64,000 nt of DNA, taken from assembly GCA_013265495.1 (NCBI GenBank), contig MU058065.1, forward strand, positions 4,505,003 to 4,569,002, given 5' to 3'. Origin of the DNA: Vicugna vicugna (lineage: Eukaryota). This document shows, one piece after another, positions 36,401 to 50,866 of the stretch; within the stretch, counting starts at the first letter, position 1; every line of letters begins with the position of its first letter. The notes below the pieces were generated by a model, which saw nothing but the letters and a program-made list of their open reading frames with translations, was not told where the DNA came from and ran no database searches. The position numbers and the translations under genes are program-made.

Positions 36401-39400
36401 GAATCTACCTCATCTTTGAATTAAAATCTAGTGGAGATGTTTCCACTTTTTCACGGGTTTGCTTTCATAGTATTAAAGCTTTCAGTCTGCCAAGAACTAC
36501 TGGTGATTAACCCCAGGCATGAGGTATATGTTACCTGAACGGACCCTAAAATTTCTGAAGAGCTGTGGCGGGTTTTAGCAGTGAGTATCTCATTTGCAAT
36601 AGCCTCTTGGATGAAACCCAGAACACTCCTTTGAAAATTTATAGGGACTAGTCTATCCAGTAGTTTAACAGGCAGTCTGATTTTTTTTTTTTAAGCATAC
36701 CCTAGCCAAGGCTTTATCTCCTTCCCATCTCCCAGATTGAATATCCATTATCTCTCAAGATGTCATTACCCTCAGATGCCTCAGATTTATTTGTCTAGGT
36801 ATTTTATAGAATAAAGGCCTGATAAGGCCCTCTTTAAACACACACCCTAACCACATTTTAGAAACCAGCAGTTGGTCCCATCATTTCCCTAGCTTAAGAT
36901 TACGCTATTCTAATGCACGGGGACCATAAATTTCACTCCCATGTGCATTTTACAATTATGGAAAGGAATGAATCAAACAAAATACTCAAAGATCAGAAAT
37001 TTTTTGTCCAATTTATTTTCCAGCTGTGCTTTTTCTATCCTTAGGATAGTTTTCTCAGGTACATACAAATCTGCATCTATCTGCATACGCTCGAGACAAG
37101 TTTGTGGGCACACTGATGACTGGACTGATTGATTATTTTGTTTTAAAATCTGGCCTTAACCTGACTAACCTCATCAGCCTCTCTTAATCCTAGCTCCACT
37201 AGCTGAGTATTTTTTTTAACTTCTTTATATACCATGAGACATGTAGGCATGATAGTTTTTTGTTAAACGGATGCAATCTAGGTCTCGGTGTTCTCTGCAT
37301 GATGTGTACTATCACGGACAAGTGAGTCCCAGCTAAGCACTAGTTGTGACTACACACGGTGACAGCAAGGGGAGGCGGCTTTGTTTTTGTAAAGGGCTAA
37401 GTCTAGAAAGGTCCCTGGAACGCACTGGGATCTGCCTTACCTAAGTGAACTGCCTACACTGATCAAATTCCTCAGATGGCTACCCAACCTTCACTTCACT
37501 CTGTGCCATGATGAGTCAAAGATTCAGTGGCATTTATTTCCCAAAAGTTCTGTAATTTATGTCAACTCTGTAAGTAGCCAAACCTACATATTATTTACTC
37601 TTTGTGTCATTTTGTGCTAAGGTTCGGGGCCAGTCTGTGGGCAGCTTGAGGAAGGTGCAGCGGTCAAGCAGCAGAGCTGGCAAGGGCCTGGGCAGAGCAA
37701 AGACAGGTGGAGTAGGAGGTACGCCTTGGAAGAGATTAGAAGGCTCTGATTCCAGGAAGCTGGTGGACTTCAGCCACAGAAACTGTAGGTCAGAGTTTCA
37801 CAAGATGGAACCTTTAGATCACCTGCAGGAGAGTTGTTTGGAAAGCATGATAAAAAAAAAAATGTTGGCTCCCATCTACCCTACTCAACCAAAATTTCCA
37901 GGAAAGATCACCAGAATGTCTGGTAGCTTGCAGATGATTATTGCATGAAGGAAGGAATAACTGAACAAACAAACTGTATTGATACTAATATCAAAATCAT
38001 GCAATCTGTTAACCTGAAGCCATCCAGCTCCAGGTTAGGAACACAGGAATTCAAGACAACAAATCAATGAGGGATGCCCTTAACAAAAGGACATCTAGTA
38101 CTGAGACGAATGCTGCTAAATCTTGTGACTTTTCATGTTCTACCTCTTTCTTTCTACGTTTTACCTTCTTTAGAAACCAAAAGGCATTCTGCGGTTGGAC
38201 TTCCCCTGTGATCTCAGCGTGTGGATGCTCCTGAGTCCACACAGGTAAATCTCTCCGACTTCATAGTTCAAGTAAAGTGAAAGACCAGGTAGGCACTGTC
38301 ATCAGCATCTGCACAAACATTTATAATAAACACAGCCATCACTTTCTGAAGCTGAGGTTCAGAAAAGTTAAGACATTTGCCCCAGGTCACGCAGCCGGAA
38401 AGTGGAAGAGACAGCACAGAAATCAGATGTGCAAGGCTGGCCAGGAAACCGTCTCTCTTGAAACTGGCTACTATCTTACATTTTCAGATGTGAGGGACGT
38501 TTGTGGAGTTGGGATGGAGGGCCCTTTGACTCTTTTCTGTTTCACAACCAGGTTTTGTTTTTGTACCCAAAGAGATCCACAGAGGATTTTTTATTCTTTT
38601 TTTCCTCGACAACAAGCTGTCTCCCCCAAGGCACACACTATGCAAAAAAGGTTGCAACAAATGTTTACCTTAAAAGCAAGCATTTTCTTCCCAACTCTCT
38701 CTATATGTGTGTATATATATTTCTCCATTTCATTCATTTGCAGCGCCTCCAGTCTTGTGTGTACCCTGTCCTTGAGGACACTCTGTTCTTGTTTTCAAAT
38801 AACCACAGATGACTATCATCCTGGACCTGTGTTTGTCACAGCTTAACCTTCTCGGGCTCGGTCCCCTCAACCCGACTACCACCCACAGCACCAGTGTGTT
38901 AACAATCAAAGACCACAGATGGTTAGGGCTGGAAAAACCTATGAGGTCATCTACAAAAACGGTCATTTCACAGGAGGGAACAGGGGCCCAAGAGAGTTAA
39001 ATTCTTCACCCAAAATTGCACTGTGTGGCAACACTGCCTTTTTATTATACACACTTTCTCATCTATTCTGTTATAACATGAACACGTTCTCTTGGTCAAA
39101 TGAACTGCTGTTTTAAACATTGTGTTTCTTTTTTTTAGTGACCTTGACGTACCATTTACCAGTCACAGGAACACGGTCAAGCCCATATTTAATCCTGGCA
39201 ATATCTAAGTAAATCAGGTCCCTAATAACACTTTGGGTATAATAATAAAATAATCAGATTGAATAGGGGATAACATAGGTTATTTTCTTATGGAGTTAGG
39301 CTATCTTAAGTTGATCCACGTAGGAGAAAATGATAGAGCCCATTTCTAAAGTCAAGCAAAGAGCGAACTGTGATTTGGGGTTAAACTTCCAGGTGACAGA

Positions 39401-40251
39401 GACGAGCTATTTCTCTGTTGTTTAAAATAGCAGTTTACAGCAGAGTTTACAATTTCTCAGAGAAATTCTTCTCAACGTAAATGTCAGGGAAATTGCTGGC
39501 TCTGTCTCCTGCTTTTGGCAAACACGTGAATCTCGTTCCCTGGGTCCGTAGAAATACGAGATTGTATATTTTAATTCGTCTGAAGTTAGACCACAGAGTC
39601 TATAAATATTATATAACAGATCTGAGCATGAGTACTTTCTTGTGCATTCAGGAGACATCGCTGTGATCACTCTAATCAGCCTAATTGGGCAAGACCGTCT
39701 AAGCGAAGGCAATAACATTTGTTTACTTCACTGTAGGAATGAGCTCACAGCCTGGTACCATCACATTTAAATTAGTTTTTATCCAAAACAGAGAGAAATG
39801 CACCCTTCAGTCAACACAGTCTGTTAATTTGAACATGTTTAAATTAACTGTGTGCCTGCCCGTAGGAAACTCTGAGAAGCTCTGTTCTTTGTCCTCTCGT
39901 GAGAGGACTCAGTGACATTCAGAACTTTTCCCTCTTTCGTATTTTGCAGAGGCAGACAGGAGGGCGTACTCTTGTGTTCTCGGAGGTGGCCGGTCACGTG
40001 TCCAAAGCTACTCAGAGAACTCTGTTCTTGGCTGCAACAGGGCTGGCAAAATTGTGTCTTTTGAGCATTGCAGTACCTTGCGGAAAAGTGCAAGACTGTG
40101 AGTGTCAGGGAGAGAGAGTGGCAGAGTTACACAAGTCAAATCCAGATGGAAATGGTTATTCAGACCCCTTTTGGAGGACTCCTGTGCCAGTTGTATGTGC
40201 CACTTTGTCTGACAGAACTAACCTCGGAGAGCAGACATTTCTTTCAGAATC

Positions 40252-40714
40252 GTCATTGAATTATAGTCAACTTATAATGTGTTAATTTCTTGTGTACAGC
40301 ATAGTGATTCAGTTATACGTGTGTATATTCCTTTTCATATTCTTTTTCATTATAGGCTATTACAAGATATTGAATATAGTTCCCTGTGCTGTACAGTAGG
40401 ACCTTGTTGTCTAACTATTTTATAAATAGTAGTTTGTATCTGCAAACCCCGAACTCCCAATTTGTCCCTCCCCTCCTTCCCCTACTGGTAACCATAAACT
40501 TGTCTTCTATGTCTGAGTCTGTCTCTGCTTTATAAATAAGTTCATATGTGTCCTTTTTTTCCCTTTTTTTTTTAAGATTCCACATATAAGTGATATCATA
40601 TGATATTTTTCTTTCTCTTTCTGGCTTACTTCACTCAGTATGACAATCTCCAGGTCTATCCATGTTACTGCAAATGGCATGATTTCATTATTTTTATGGC
40701 TGAGTAGTATTCCA

Positions 40715-40765
<51 letters not shown>

Positions 40766-41268
40766 ACAACTTCTACATCCAGTCATCTGTTAATGGACAT
40801 TTAAGTTATTTCCATGGTTTGGCTATTATAAATAGTGCTACTGTGAACATTGGGGTGAGAGTATCTTTTCAAATTATAGTTCAAATAGCTGATGCCTCTG
40901 CATATATGCCCAGGAGTGAGATTACTGGATCATAGGGTTTAAGTCTATTTTCAGCTTTTTAAGGAATTTCCTTACTCTTTTCTATAATGACTGCACCAAA
41001 CTACATTTCCACCAACAGTATAGGAGGGTTCCCTTTTCTCCATACCCTCTCCAGCATTATGATTTGTGGACTTTTGAATAATGGCCGTTCTGACTGGGTG
41101 TGAGGCAATACCTTAATGTAGTTTTGATTTGCACTTCTCTGATAATTAGTGATAGCGAGCATTTTTTCCATGTGACTTTGGCCATTTGTATGTCTTAACT
41201 GGAGAAATGTTTGTTTGGGTCTTCTGCTCATTTTTGGATTGGGCTGTTTGTTGTTTTGTTGTTGTTAC
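40252..41268 (-). mobile_element. ~1 kb L1 3' portion (decayed ORF2 C-terminal domain plus 3' UTR)
   Basis: Minus-strand remnants [32 protein letters not shown] and IMPFAVTWIDLEIVILSEVSQKEKEKYHMISLICGI, with stops and frameshifts. Confidence 0.93.
40716..40763. repeat. (CA)24 microsatellite inside the L1
   Basis: Read directly. Confidence 0.97.
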
Positions 41269-42374
41269 TGAGATGTGCTATTAGTACGCCATGTGCACTT
41301 TCTACATCAAACCCCCATGTACTCAATGCAGGGTGGTTGCTCCAGGTAACAAATTTGGAGGCAAAGGTAAGGAAGGGATTTGAAGGGTCTAAAGAGTGTC
41401 TCCTACAACTTGTGCTAGTCCTCACTGAAGCATTTGTGTGTCATTACGTAAAGTATGGGCATTATTATTACTAGCATTCCTGTGTTAAGCACAAGTCTTT
41501 TAAGGTAAGACATTTTAGAGTAATTTCTCCATCAAGGAGAGAGAGCTTTCCTGACAGGAGAGGGAGGAAGGGAGTTCACAGGATTGCCCTGCCCTGAACC
41601 ACCATTTTGCAAGGCCATGTTGCCAGGTGGTTGGAAAGTGAGACAGGACAGGGTTCAGAGCAAGAGAGAGAAATAGCTGATGCCTCCAGCCAGTGCTAAA
41701 AACACTCCATGATACACGCAAACACAAGTCAGCTGAAATTAATCAAAGTTGCCTTATTGTTTTCATATAAATTCTTCAGGAAACATTTTATGTTTTTGTT
41801 TTCTTATTCCCTCAAAAGCTACCTCCTGGTGCCCAGATTTTCCCTTTATAATTTTTCAGGAAGGGCCAAGGAATGCGATACATTGGCAGCCACCTTGGTT
41901 GACTTTAAAGGATGCCTACTGTCATATTGTTGTCTTTCCAGTGTCCACTTGACATAGACCCAGCACATAATTGGCACTCACTCGATGTGTGCTGAATGAA
42001 AGTCATACCCCATGATTTACTGCTCACCCCCTCTGTAAATGTTAACTGTCAAAGTGCTTTTATTCAACAATAATAAACTTCGGTTGTCTATGTCACCCCA
42101 ATCTGAGAGATAAAATTTCAGAGGGACAATAAAATAACAGTAACCCTTTGCAGTGGACTCTTGGCAGAATATTTAGAATGCCACTCACCATTTCTTGTCA
42201 TTTTCATGACATCCCTAGGGGTCTGATGTGTAGCTGCAGGCAACCATATCTCTCTTTCTTCTTACAGCATTTCCTTTGTCTTCCATCATGGTCCATTTTG
42301 TTGACTTCTGCCAGCAACTGATTTCCCTGGTATATTTCTTACCGTTGCTCACAGTTTCTCTGGGTCATTGATTC

Positions 42375-42800
42375 TCATTTTGTGGGTTTTTTCCAATTGT
42401 TCATGGCAGTGATCCAAATCAAACTTGTTTAAACAAACCCAGGGATTTATTGACCCATGTACCTGGGCAGATATGTCTTCAGGTATAGCTGGATCCAGGG
42501 GTTTACATATGTCACCAGGACTCTGTCTCTTTCTATCATCTCTTTTACACTGTCTCTTCAAAGGAGGTCACAAATGGCTATGAAAAGCTCTGTAGTCATC
42601 TCTTCAGCTTTTTTGGTCTCGGAAACTATAGACATTTCTAATAGTTCCTACAGAAACATTCTGCTGGAGATTCTAATAAGTCTGGTTTGTACCATATGTC
42701 CATCCTTTACTGATTACTGTTTGAGTCATATATAGTCTGACTGCTGCTGTTACAGGGAGTGGGTTTAGCACTACCTGACTCACACTGATGGGTTCCTTTC
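42375..42800 (-). mobile_element. Old MaLR LTR (MLT1J/K-like)
   Basis: 'gggatttattgacccatgtacctgg...cttcaggtatagctggatccaggggtttacatatgtcacc'. Confidence 0.65.
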
Positions 42801-43344
42801 AGGAAAAAGGGGTCTTATTAATAGAACAAGGAAGGAAAGAGGATACTGGAGAGGCCAAACCTGTTTCCACAATCTATTTTACTCTACCGATATTCTTTGA
42901 GGCATCTGAAGTGAGTTAGTTATTCCAGGTGCCAAAACAAAATGAACTAAAGTGTCCTTTTCCCTCGCAAGTGTTACTTTCTTTGACTAGTTGTAGATGT
43001 GAAAGAGAAAGTTTTGGAGACGTGGATATAGTGCTTTCTCTGGAGCGCATCTCCCAGGCGCCCTGACATAAATGAGTCTCCGGGCAGCTGAGCAAAAGGA
43101 CAATCTGTGGAGTGTGAGGGGTGCATCGTGCTGGCCTCTACAGTCCCATCTTAACCGCTGCCTGTGTTCTGAGCTTTTTCACTTTGAGGTTGCTTCTCAT
43201 CATTAATTTCTTCTCCCAGAGCAGGTACCCAGAGAGGCCCTGGTGATTAACACATCCAGCCCTGGGGAGTGGCTGTCAACACCCGTGTGTTCTATTCATT
43301 CACTGACCCATTCATAAAGTTCCGTGATGTTCTCTAGCAAATAG

Positions 43345-43670
43345 ACTGGGTCTCCACCCTCTGCTCAAGTGTCACCTGCTCAGATAGTCTTTCCTTACCT
43401 GACTTAAAACAGCAACCCACCCGCTCACTTTCTAAATTCCGATCCTGCCTGATTTTTCTTCATAGCACTTATTTCTACCTGAAACAATGGCATGTGTGTT
43501 TCTTGGCTTATTAATTCTCTGCCTCCCTCACTGCAGTACAAACAGTAGGATGACAGGGGATTTTTTTTCTCTTGTTCTCTGCAGCATCCCTGAGCCTAGA
43601 ATAGTACCTGGCACATCCTAACTATGCAGTAACTATTGATCATGTCAAGAAATACATAAATGAGCAAACA
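43345..43670 (+). mobile_element. LINE-2 3' end
   Basis: 'ctgctcaagtgtcacct...ttcttcatagcacttat...cctagaatagtacctggcacat'. Confidence 0.8.
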
Positions 43671-46600
43671 AAATTATAGCAGGTATGGATCTTAGATCAT
43701 AATTCTGGGACCCTTATTACACTAATGTAAACATATGTTCAGTAAAAAAAATGCAACTGGCAATTCTTTAAATACATTAATAACAATGTTTGTAAGAGAC
43801 CTGAGACCATGCCCTGCACTTAGTGACATGCTAGTAGTCTTGAGTCTCCCCTCAACTCCCTTCTACTTTACTCACCTATTTTTCTTTTCCCCGAGAATGG
43901 TGATTAAGCTGATGGGGTTAACTAAGAAATGAAATAGCATATTTTGATGTGATTTTTTGCTAAATAATGCCAGAGAAGAGGTATAATTTAAGCTGCATAG
44001 AATATTTGTATTAATTCTGCAGAAATTTTTGGTGCAACAACCTTAAAAAAACAAACACACAGAAACGTGACTGCCTGTCTTCCGTGTGTGCGTCCTCACC
44101 CTTTCACTGTCTTAGGACTTTAGTTTTCAGTCCTTAAGAGATTTTATTTCTAGATTTAAATTCTTTGCTACAACCGAGAAAAAGGTGATGCCATCCACTC
44201 ACTGTTCCCCACAAATAGGCTAAATTAAAGTCCAGAAGGCTGGCTTTTCATAATTTCATCTCCCACCCAATTTCTCCCACTCCTCTGTCCTTGGGGTGCC
44301 TGGACTGAGCCAAGCAGAACCAGTAGCCCGTTCTGAAGTGCAGTGGGAATTTCTTTCTGCCTGAGTGAAATGTCTAGTCTATAAAACCAGTTAGTAAGAC
44401 ATGCTGTAATTTGGAATTTGGTAATACCGGCTTCATTTTGACAGAACCCAGGCTGACCCACAGCATTGCATCACAAGCAGATGTGAGTTCTAGAGGGATG
44501 GGGTGATAAAAAGCCAGTGCAGGAAGAAGAAAACTGAGTCAAAGGAGCTCTTCATCTTCCTATAAATTCTAAACAGTATGCGGTGTTTAACCCCGTTTAT
44601 TCCAAGTGACCTTAGAATCACCTTTGTCTCTCTTGATACGTAGAGTGGGGGATCTGGTGACATGCACAGACGGAGGCTTTCAAAAAATATGCTTTATGTG
44701 TAATTAAGACCCCTTGGAATCTCTTTCATTAAAATATACAAGAATTCTAATAGCTGAATGATTCAGGGCAAATCAATCAGGAAACTCTATTCTCAGTTTT
44801 GTTTTGTTTTGCTTTTCATCTGAAGAACAAAAACAACACCACACCATAAGTGTGGTTTTATTGGAACAGAAACAATGCGTTAGATTAGATGTGGGGTTAT
44901 TGTGAGACCAAACAGGCAGTGACTGTATGAAAGTACTTTTCAAACTATAAAGCACTATAAAAATATGATCAGTAGTTAGTATTAGCAGTTATGGGCAGAT
45001 TAAAATAATAACAATGACTGTATCATATAAAACTTTATTGCCAGCATGTTTTTAATAGATTATGTCATTCTTTGGATTTTTGATAGACTTTTTCAAGTGA
45101 TATTCATAACTGTGTCTCACTTTAGACCTAAATTGGTTATTTATTATTTAATCACTTCAAAAACCAGTGGGAGTAGGAGTAAAAAGGTAGGGGAGTATTG
45201 AGTGTGTACGTATGTATATATGAACCTGTATATACAGATATATACAGAGAGAAATGCATGTGTATATTAAGATATATATTTTAAGATTTTCTTTTCTTTT
45301 AGAATAAGCAAAGCTCATGCCAGGATATATTAAGAATCCATTGAACTGATGACACTCTACTTGATCATTTGTGAAGAGCCTCCAGACGAAAATGGTCCCT
45401 ATTCAGGTAACAATTTGGAAGATGACCTCTGTCATCAACTTTGGAAGCCAAGATGGTGAATAAATATGGATTCTATTCAACCAGTTTGGGAACCTGTTCC
45501 CCAAAGAGATTCCTTGAAGTCAGAACAATACATTCTTAGTGTAAGAAGTCAGAACAGTAAACTCTTACATCAGTACACATAGTCAGTCAGGAAATATGTC
45601 AGGCACTGTTCTAGGTACTGGAGGTTTAATGGAGAATAAGGCAGACATTGGTCCTGGCCTTAAGGAGGTGTTCTCATAGGGCAGAGAAACAATAAACAAG
45701 ACCATACAAGAAAATAACTGCAATTTTCTAGGTTCCAGTTCTCCATCAAGTCACCTGCCAGAATGGCAAAGTCAAAAGAGAAAAAAATCCAAGGGCAATG
45801 GTGACTTCATGATGCAAAAAGAAGCCTAAGGACACAGGCTCTGTGGAGATGCAGGTCGATGGCTCGCTGTGTTGTTATGATTCTTTGCAGTGAGTTCTCC
45901 TGTTGCCTCTATAAGCTTGGTCAGCTAAACAGACTACGACTGGGAGGTAGACATCACAGCAGGGGGGTCTGGGATCACCTACCAAGTCTTTGTTCCTGCG
46001 ACTTAGATGGAACTCCCAGAATAATGCACGTCCTTGATTGGGCCTTGGTCTTCTTTAGTCACTATGTCCTCACTCGGTGCCCTCCGTCATTCTACTACTG
46101 CATCTGAAACAGTTAGGATCCTACGCTGAGTCACACTGACCTCTCTCAGCCAGGTCACTTCTTGCTGCTGCTGCCGATAATAACAATAAATAATGCTACC
46201 ACACTGCTTATGATATCCCAAGAAGTATTCTTAAGCATGTTAGATAAATGGTGCATATCAGATCTTGCTTACTATGAAAGGCGTTCCAACATTGTGTATA
46301 TAAAATAGCTCAAAGTTTAGCCCTTATAATGAAGGCTTTATCAAGACCATTTCTGATTCCTGCATTTATGTTTCTATCTGCAACTGCACAGCCCTGCCTC
46401 CTGAGGTTTGGCAATTACATACTTTAAGAAGTGTGTCCTCCTCCTATATCATCAAACCAGATAAGTCCATCCATTTAATTAGGTTTCCTGTGTCTTTGTC
46501 TGTATTACCTGGATCCCAGGAGTTTGAAAACTTGTTTCAAAAGGTTTTAAGTAGCTAAGAGTACTGCTAGTCAGCTAGAGGCAGCTACCAGATTATAATT

Positions 46601-46989
46601 TAAGAGTTTCTCACAATTCCTACTATTATCCCCCTTTTTGACTTTTTACAATGGAAAATCTATAATATGGACAAACGTACAAGAACCAGTAGAGCAGACC
46701 CCCAAGTACCCACCACCTGGCTTCACATGATCAACTGGTGACAGTTTTGTTTTATCTATATCCTTCACATGCTTTATTGTAATCTTAGATTTAGAAAATT
46801 CCTGATTGATGATGTTTCTGGATGATCTGGGAACGTGGCGGGCAGGGAGTGTCTGGATAGCTAGTGTAGAAAAGGAGAGCACACAGATAGAAAGGGCTTG
46901 GTAAAACTAGAGCAAGCGCTCGCAAGGAAAACCGTATTTGGAGGTTAGAGGGTACTGAAAAGGACACAGATTCTCTGCCAATAAGCGGA

Positions 46990-47700
46990 ATTTAGTTTCT
47001 GTCCCCCAGAACTGGGATTGTTTCAGCCTCATCCTATAAAATGTGGTGAAAGAAATGTGATCGTTCCGGTTCTACTAGGTTAAGAGCATTGCCATCTACT
47101 TTGTCCCTCTTAGGACACTCATTCTTGGGCTACTTCCTGGTGGGACCCAGCCAGCAGGCTGTAAGAATCCCGAGCCAAATGGAGAGGCCACCTTTGATGC
47201 CCCAGCAGACAGTCTCAGCTGAGTTCCTGCCTGACAACCCCATCACCTGCCAGCTACGGGGGGATCATCTTAGAGTTTCCAGCCCAGTCAAGCTGCATGT
47301 GAGATCACATGGAACAGAAGAACCTCCCAGCTGAACCCAGTCAACCCATGATTTGTGCTAGAGAATTTTGAAAGTTGCTGTTTTAAGCAGCCTAGGTTTT
47401 AGGCTGGTTTGTTTCATAGAAACCCATAACTGAGACAGAATTGACCCTGGATGTTTGGTGTTGCCATGATAAGAAATAAAGGTAATGTTGGCTTTGAGCC
47501 TGGTGACAAGTGGAAGCCTTGAGGAGACTGTTGGGGAAGGTGAAAAGCAAGAACATTGTTTCGGAAAGTTGGAGAAAAGAGGACCCGAGTTATGTGCCAG
47601 TCGAAAATAGTGAAGATGTTGCCTGTGGAAGAAGAGGTAGTTGATGAACTCCTGGATCTGGCTAAGGCTGTTCCTAGAAAGAATGTTGAATGTTACTCCC
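46990..47700 (+). mobile_element. MaLR LTR (MLT1G/H-like, to ~47437) followed by MLT internal sequence
   Basis: 'ggagaggccac...ctcccagctgaacccagtcaaccc...gttgctgttttaagc...ataactgagaca', then internal-like 'gttggagaaaagaggacccgagttatgtg'. Confidence 0.7.
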
Positions 47701-47717
47701 TCCATTGGCTAAAGTAA

Positions 47718-47789
47718 GTCAGCCTATACTAGAAGGTCAGCCTACACTAGAAGGTCAGCCTACACTAGAAGGTCAGCCTACACTAGAAG
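47718..47789. repeat. 18-bp minisatellite, 4 copies (gtcagcctacactagaag)
   Basis: Units start at 47718, 47736, 47754 and 47772; the first unit has one mismatch. Confidence 0.97.
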
Positions 47790-50700
47790 GTGGAAGAATG
47801 GACTTCGCTTCCTAAGAGAGGCGTGCGAAGGATCAGTGGCCTTTGTTAATTCACCAGAACAGGAAGTTGGCATCTGAAGCATATATATAATCCCAGCAGG
47901 CAGTATGAAAGAGCTCAAAAACACACAGAATTCTGACTGAAGGAACACACGGGGGAAAAAGAAAAAGGTAAGTGTATAAAACCCTTACGCTTTGGCTGGA
48001 GTAATGGTTTAATTTAATCTTTAATTAGGAGGGCTTGCCTATTCTGCAAACTCGCCCTTTGCTTCTTCTATTATCCTTGAAAGTAATCAAGTAGACCAGC
48101 CAGAACAATCCCAGGTATAAATAGGAAATTCGCTTCCACTCAAAGTGAACAAACCGGTTTTATTATTTCCTTGATGATGAATGGAGCAGCTGGTCTGGTT
48201 TTTCTGTTAAACAGAACTAAAATCCACATCCAAGTGAATCACTCGGCTCTGCGTTAAACAAAAGACCGTCATTGTCAAGATGTAGGCTGTTTCATTTTTA
48301 TCACAGGAAGAGATGTTAAGGTAGGCTAATGCCTTGAGAAATTATTTATCCCGGAAAATCTCCTGTGCATTACACTGAAGTAGACTGGGAATTAGGAGAC
48401 ATTAATCTGAAAGAAAGAGCAACTGCTGACTTCCTCTATAACAAGAGACCACAGTTACAGCCAACCCCCCAAATACCAAAACAGTTAGATCTTTTTGGCC
48501 TTTTCAGATACTGATACTGAACAGCTGTGTGCTATTATCTTGCTTGTGTGTGCCCCAAAGGTGGTCAGTGTACAGTTGCACACAGTTCTTGTTTGTCCGT
48601 GATCTTCTGAAGGCTAATGAGGACGTACTGGGGAAAAATTGGGATGCCCGGGAAACTTACATTTGGACTTTTTGGCCTCTTCTCCCAACCTCTTCCCTGG
48701 CTTCATTAACAACTCTCTCTGCAGAGGAAAAGGCAAGGCCCTAGAAGAGAATGCTGGAGACCAACTCCAAACAGGTGAGGGAAGGGGAGAATACGAATGA
48801 GGGGTGAACGCTCATTGCACAGACTGGTGTGTGTCTCTGCATTAATCTCCGATGGGAGAAGGACAGAGGGCCCTGACTTGACTTCTCTCAGATACATTAA
48901 TTCAGGGGGTGAAGGTCTTAACAGATACTCCAAGAACTTCCAATCTGCTACCTCAATTTTAAAGAACACTGTGAAACTGCACAAGAACAGAGGCCGTCAG
49001 CCAGGCTGTGCATTCTGAAAAGCAAGTTTAAGAAGGACACGGATTGCTGTAAAAAGTTGATAGAAAAACCCTTAAGTTTTCTCAGCCAGCTTTCCTAACC
49101 TGCATTTCTTGTTTCACAAAAAGCCAACCCATCTGCCTATCAGAGGGTTCTGGTGGGATGTCCTGCCCAGGCTCGTGCTGGTAGGTCCTGAGGTCACCTG
49201 GGGTGTGGGGTCACCATCTTGTCTCAGTCACACCCAGGCTCAGTACTTAGCTATAAATGTGCCTAAGCACAGATCTTTCCAAATAACTGACCCCTTTCCC
49301 CTCCCTCCCCTCCATGGCTGTCTCCTCTCTGTATTTCTGTCTCTTTTTTTTTTAGTATTAGTATTTCTAGGGCGTAAGAAATCTTGTTTCTGGTTGTGAC
49401 TCTCGCTCTAACTCCCTTATAATAATGATGACTTGATTAGTGATTTCACCATTCCATCCCATTTCCCCATCTCTAAATTGTGGATTAGGCCTTACCTCTA
49501 GATCTAATATCCTATGATGCTAGCACACAGCATCTGAGCATTCCCAGGGCCCCCAGTTTCCCTTAACTATAGCCCAAAAGGCTTGGGAGGAAGATCGATG
49601 TGACTTCCTTCTCTTCTCCGCAATGTGCTCTTTGTTTTGAACAGAAAAATAGTTCAGGTGAACAAAGGAACACAGATTTTAGAGAAAAATGAACTTGAAT
49701 GTCTTGCACAGGAGCTAGCTGGTATTTCTACAACACGTTTTCTCTTCCAGTCCAAAATACTAACAATAGCACTAACACAGCTGGAGGCAGAAATACAAGA
49801 GCCACTGGGTACGAATTTCTCCCCATGTATTTGAGCCATCACAAATATCTGTTACCCAGTAGGAGGAATGATCTATGCCAGGCATTCTTGGACTGGCTCT
49901 GAAATGTCTCACGTGCTACCCCGGGTTTGGTGAGGTTACTGATGGCTCTGAGTTTGGCTCAGAAGAAGTGTGGGAGAATGCTTTTGCATTGACAGAGCAC
50001 AGTTAGCTCACATGCTGAGGAAGTGCTCTCATGGATGACCACTCCCAAGAGCAGTATTATCAGAATACAAAAAAAAAAAAAAACCAGCACCTAAATGATG
50101 AGTAAACATTGAAGCTGAAGTGGATACAAAACAAATACGATCCCATTTCTACCTGATCTTGTGGGGAGAGCTCGGCTAAGGCAGAAGTTCAGTTTAGAGC
50201 CTGCTCATAAACATTTGGTCCAGTGCCCATCTGGATGAGGAAGCATCATTTTCCTTCCAAAACAAGCTTTTACTGCTTTGTTATTATTTCATTTGCTTGT
50301 TTGTTTGTTTATGTGTTTATTTTCCAGTTAATCTCCTAGATTTCCAGGCTCGCCGTTCAGCAGTTGTTCTTGACATTTCTGTATCCACCTGTGCAACGGC
50401 TCTGTGACTGTCTGAAATGTCTTTTCCACCCACCTCTGCCCTCCTATTGCTCCCCTCTGCCACCCTGATGGACCGGCATGAATGAACAAACCCCCAGCTG
50501 AAGTGTCCTCTTTCCATAGGACTCGTAGCCCTCAGTTCACAGCTCTCCTATAATGTTCATCCAGTGTTGCCTTGGTTGGTTTGGTTTGTATTTTTGTATG
50601 TCTTCCGTACCCAACTGGATCTTAAATAGACGTCAGGCAATGTTTTCTTCACATTCAATTTTTCCATGACATTTAGCTCTATATCTTGTATTCAGTAAAG

Positions 50701-50818
50701 CCTTGATACATTTCATAAATTGATTTAAAAAATGAATAAATTATTTTTCCAGATCCAAGAAGCCAGGGGGGTAGAATGAGAGTGGCAACAGGATGAAGAG
50801 TGCAAATTTGAGCAGTGC

Positions 50819-50863
<45 letters not shown>
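50819..50863. repeat. (TAA)15 microsatellite followed by CA-rich low complexity to ~51150
   Basis: Read directly; explains the poly-Ile and poly-Leu pseudo-ORFs. Confidence 0.97.

Positions 50864-50866
<3 letters not shown>

Noticed and set aside
38277..38846. Longest ORF in the track (189 aa)
   Set aside because: Overlaps a MIR, has no recognisable domain and shows non-coding-like composition
43057..43068. 12-mer gcgccctgacat shared with ~8377
   Set aside because: A single 12-bp match within 64 kb is expected by chance
47718..47789. CRISPR-like repeat array
   Set aside because: Units are contiguous with no spacers, the context is mammalian and no cas genes are present
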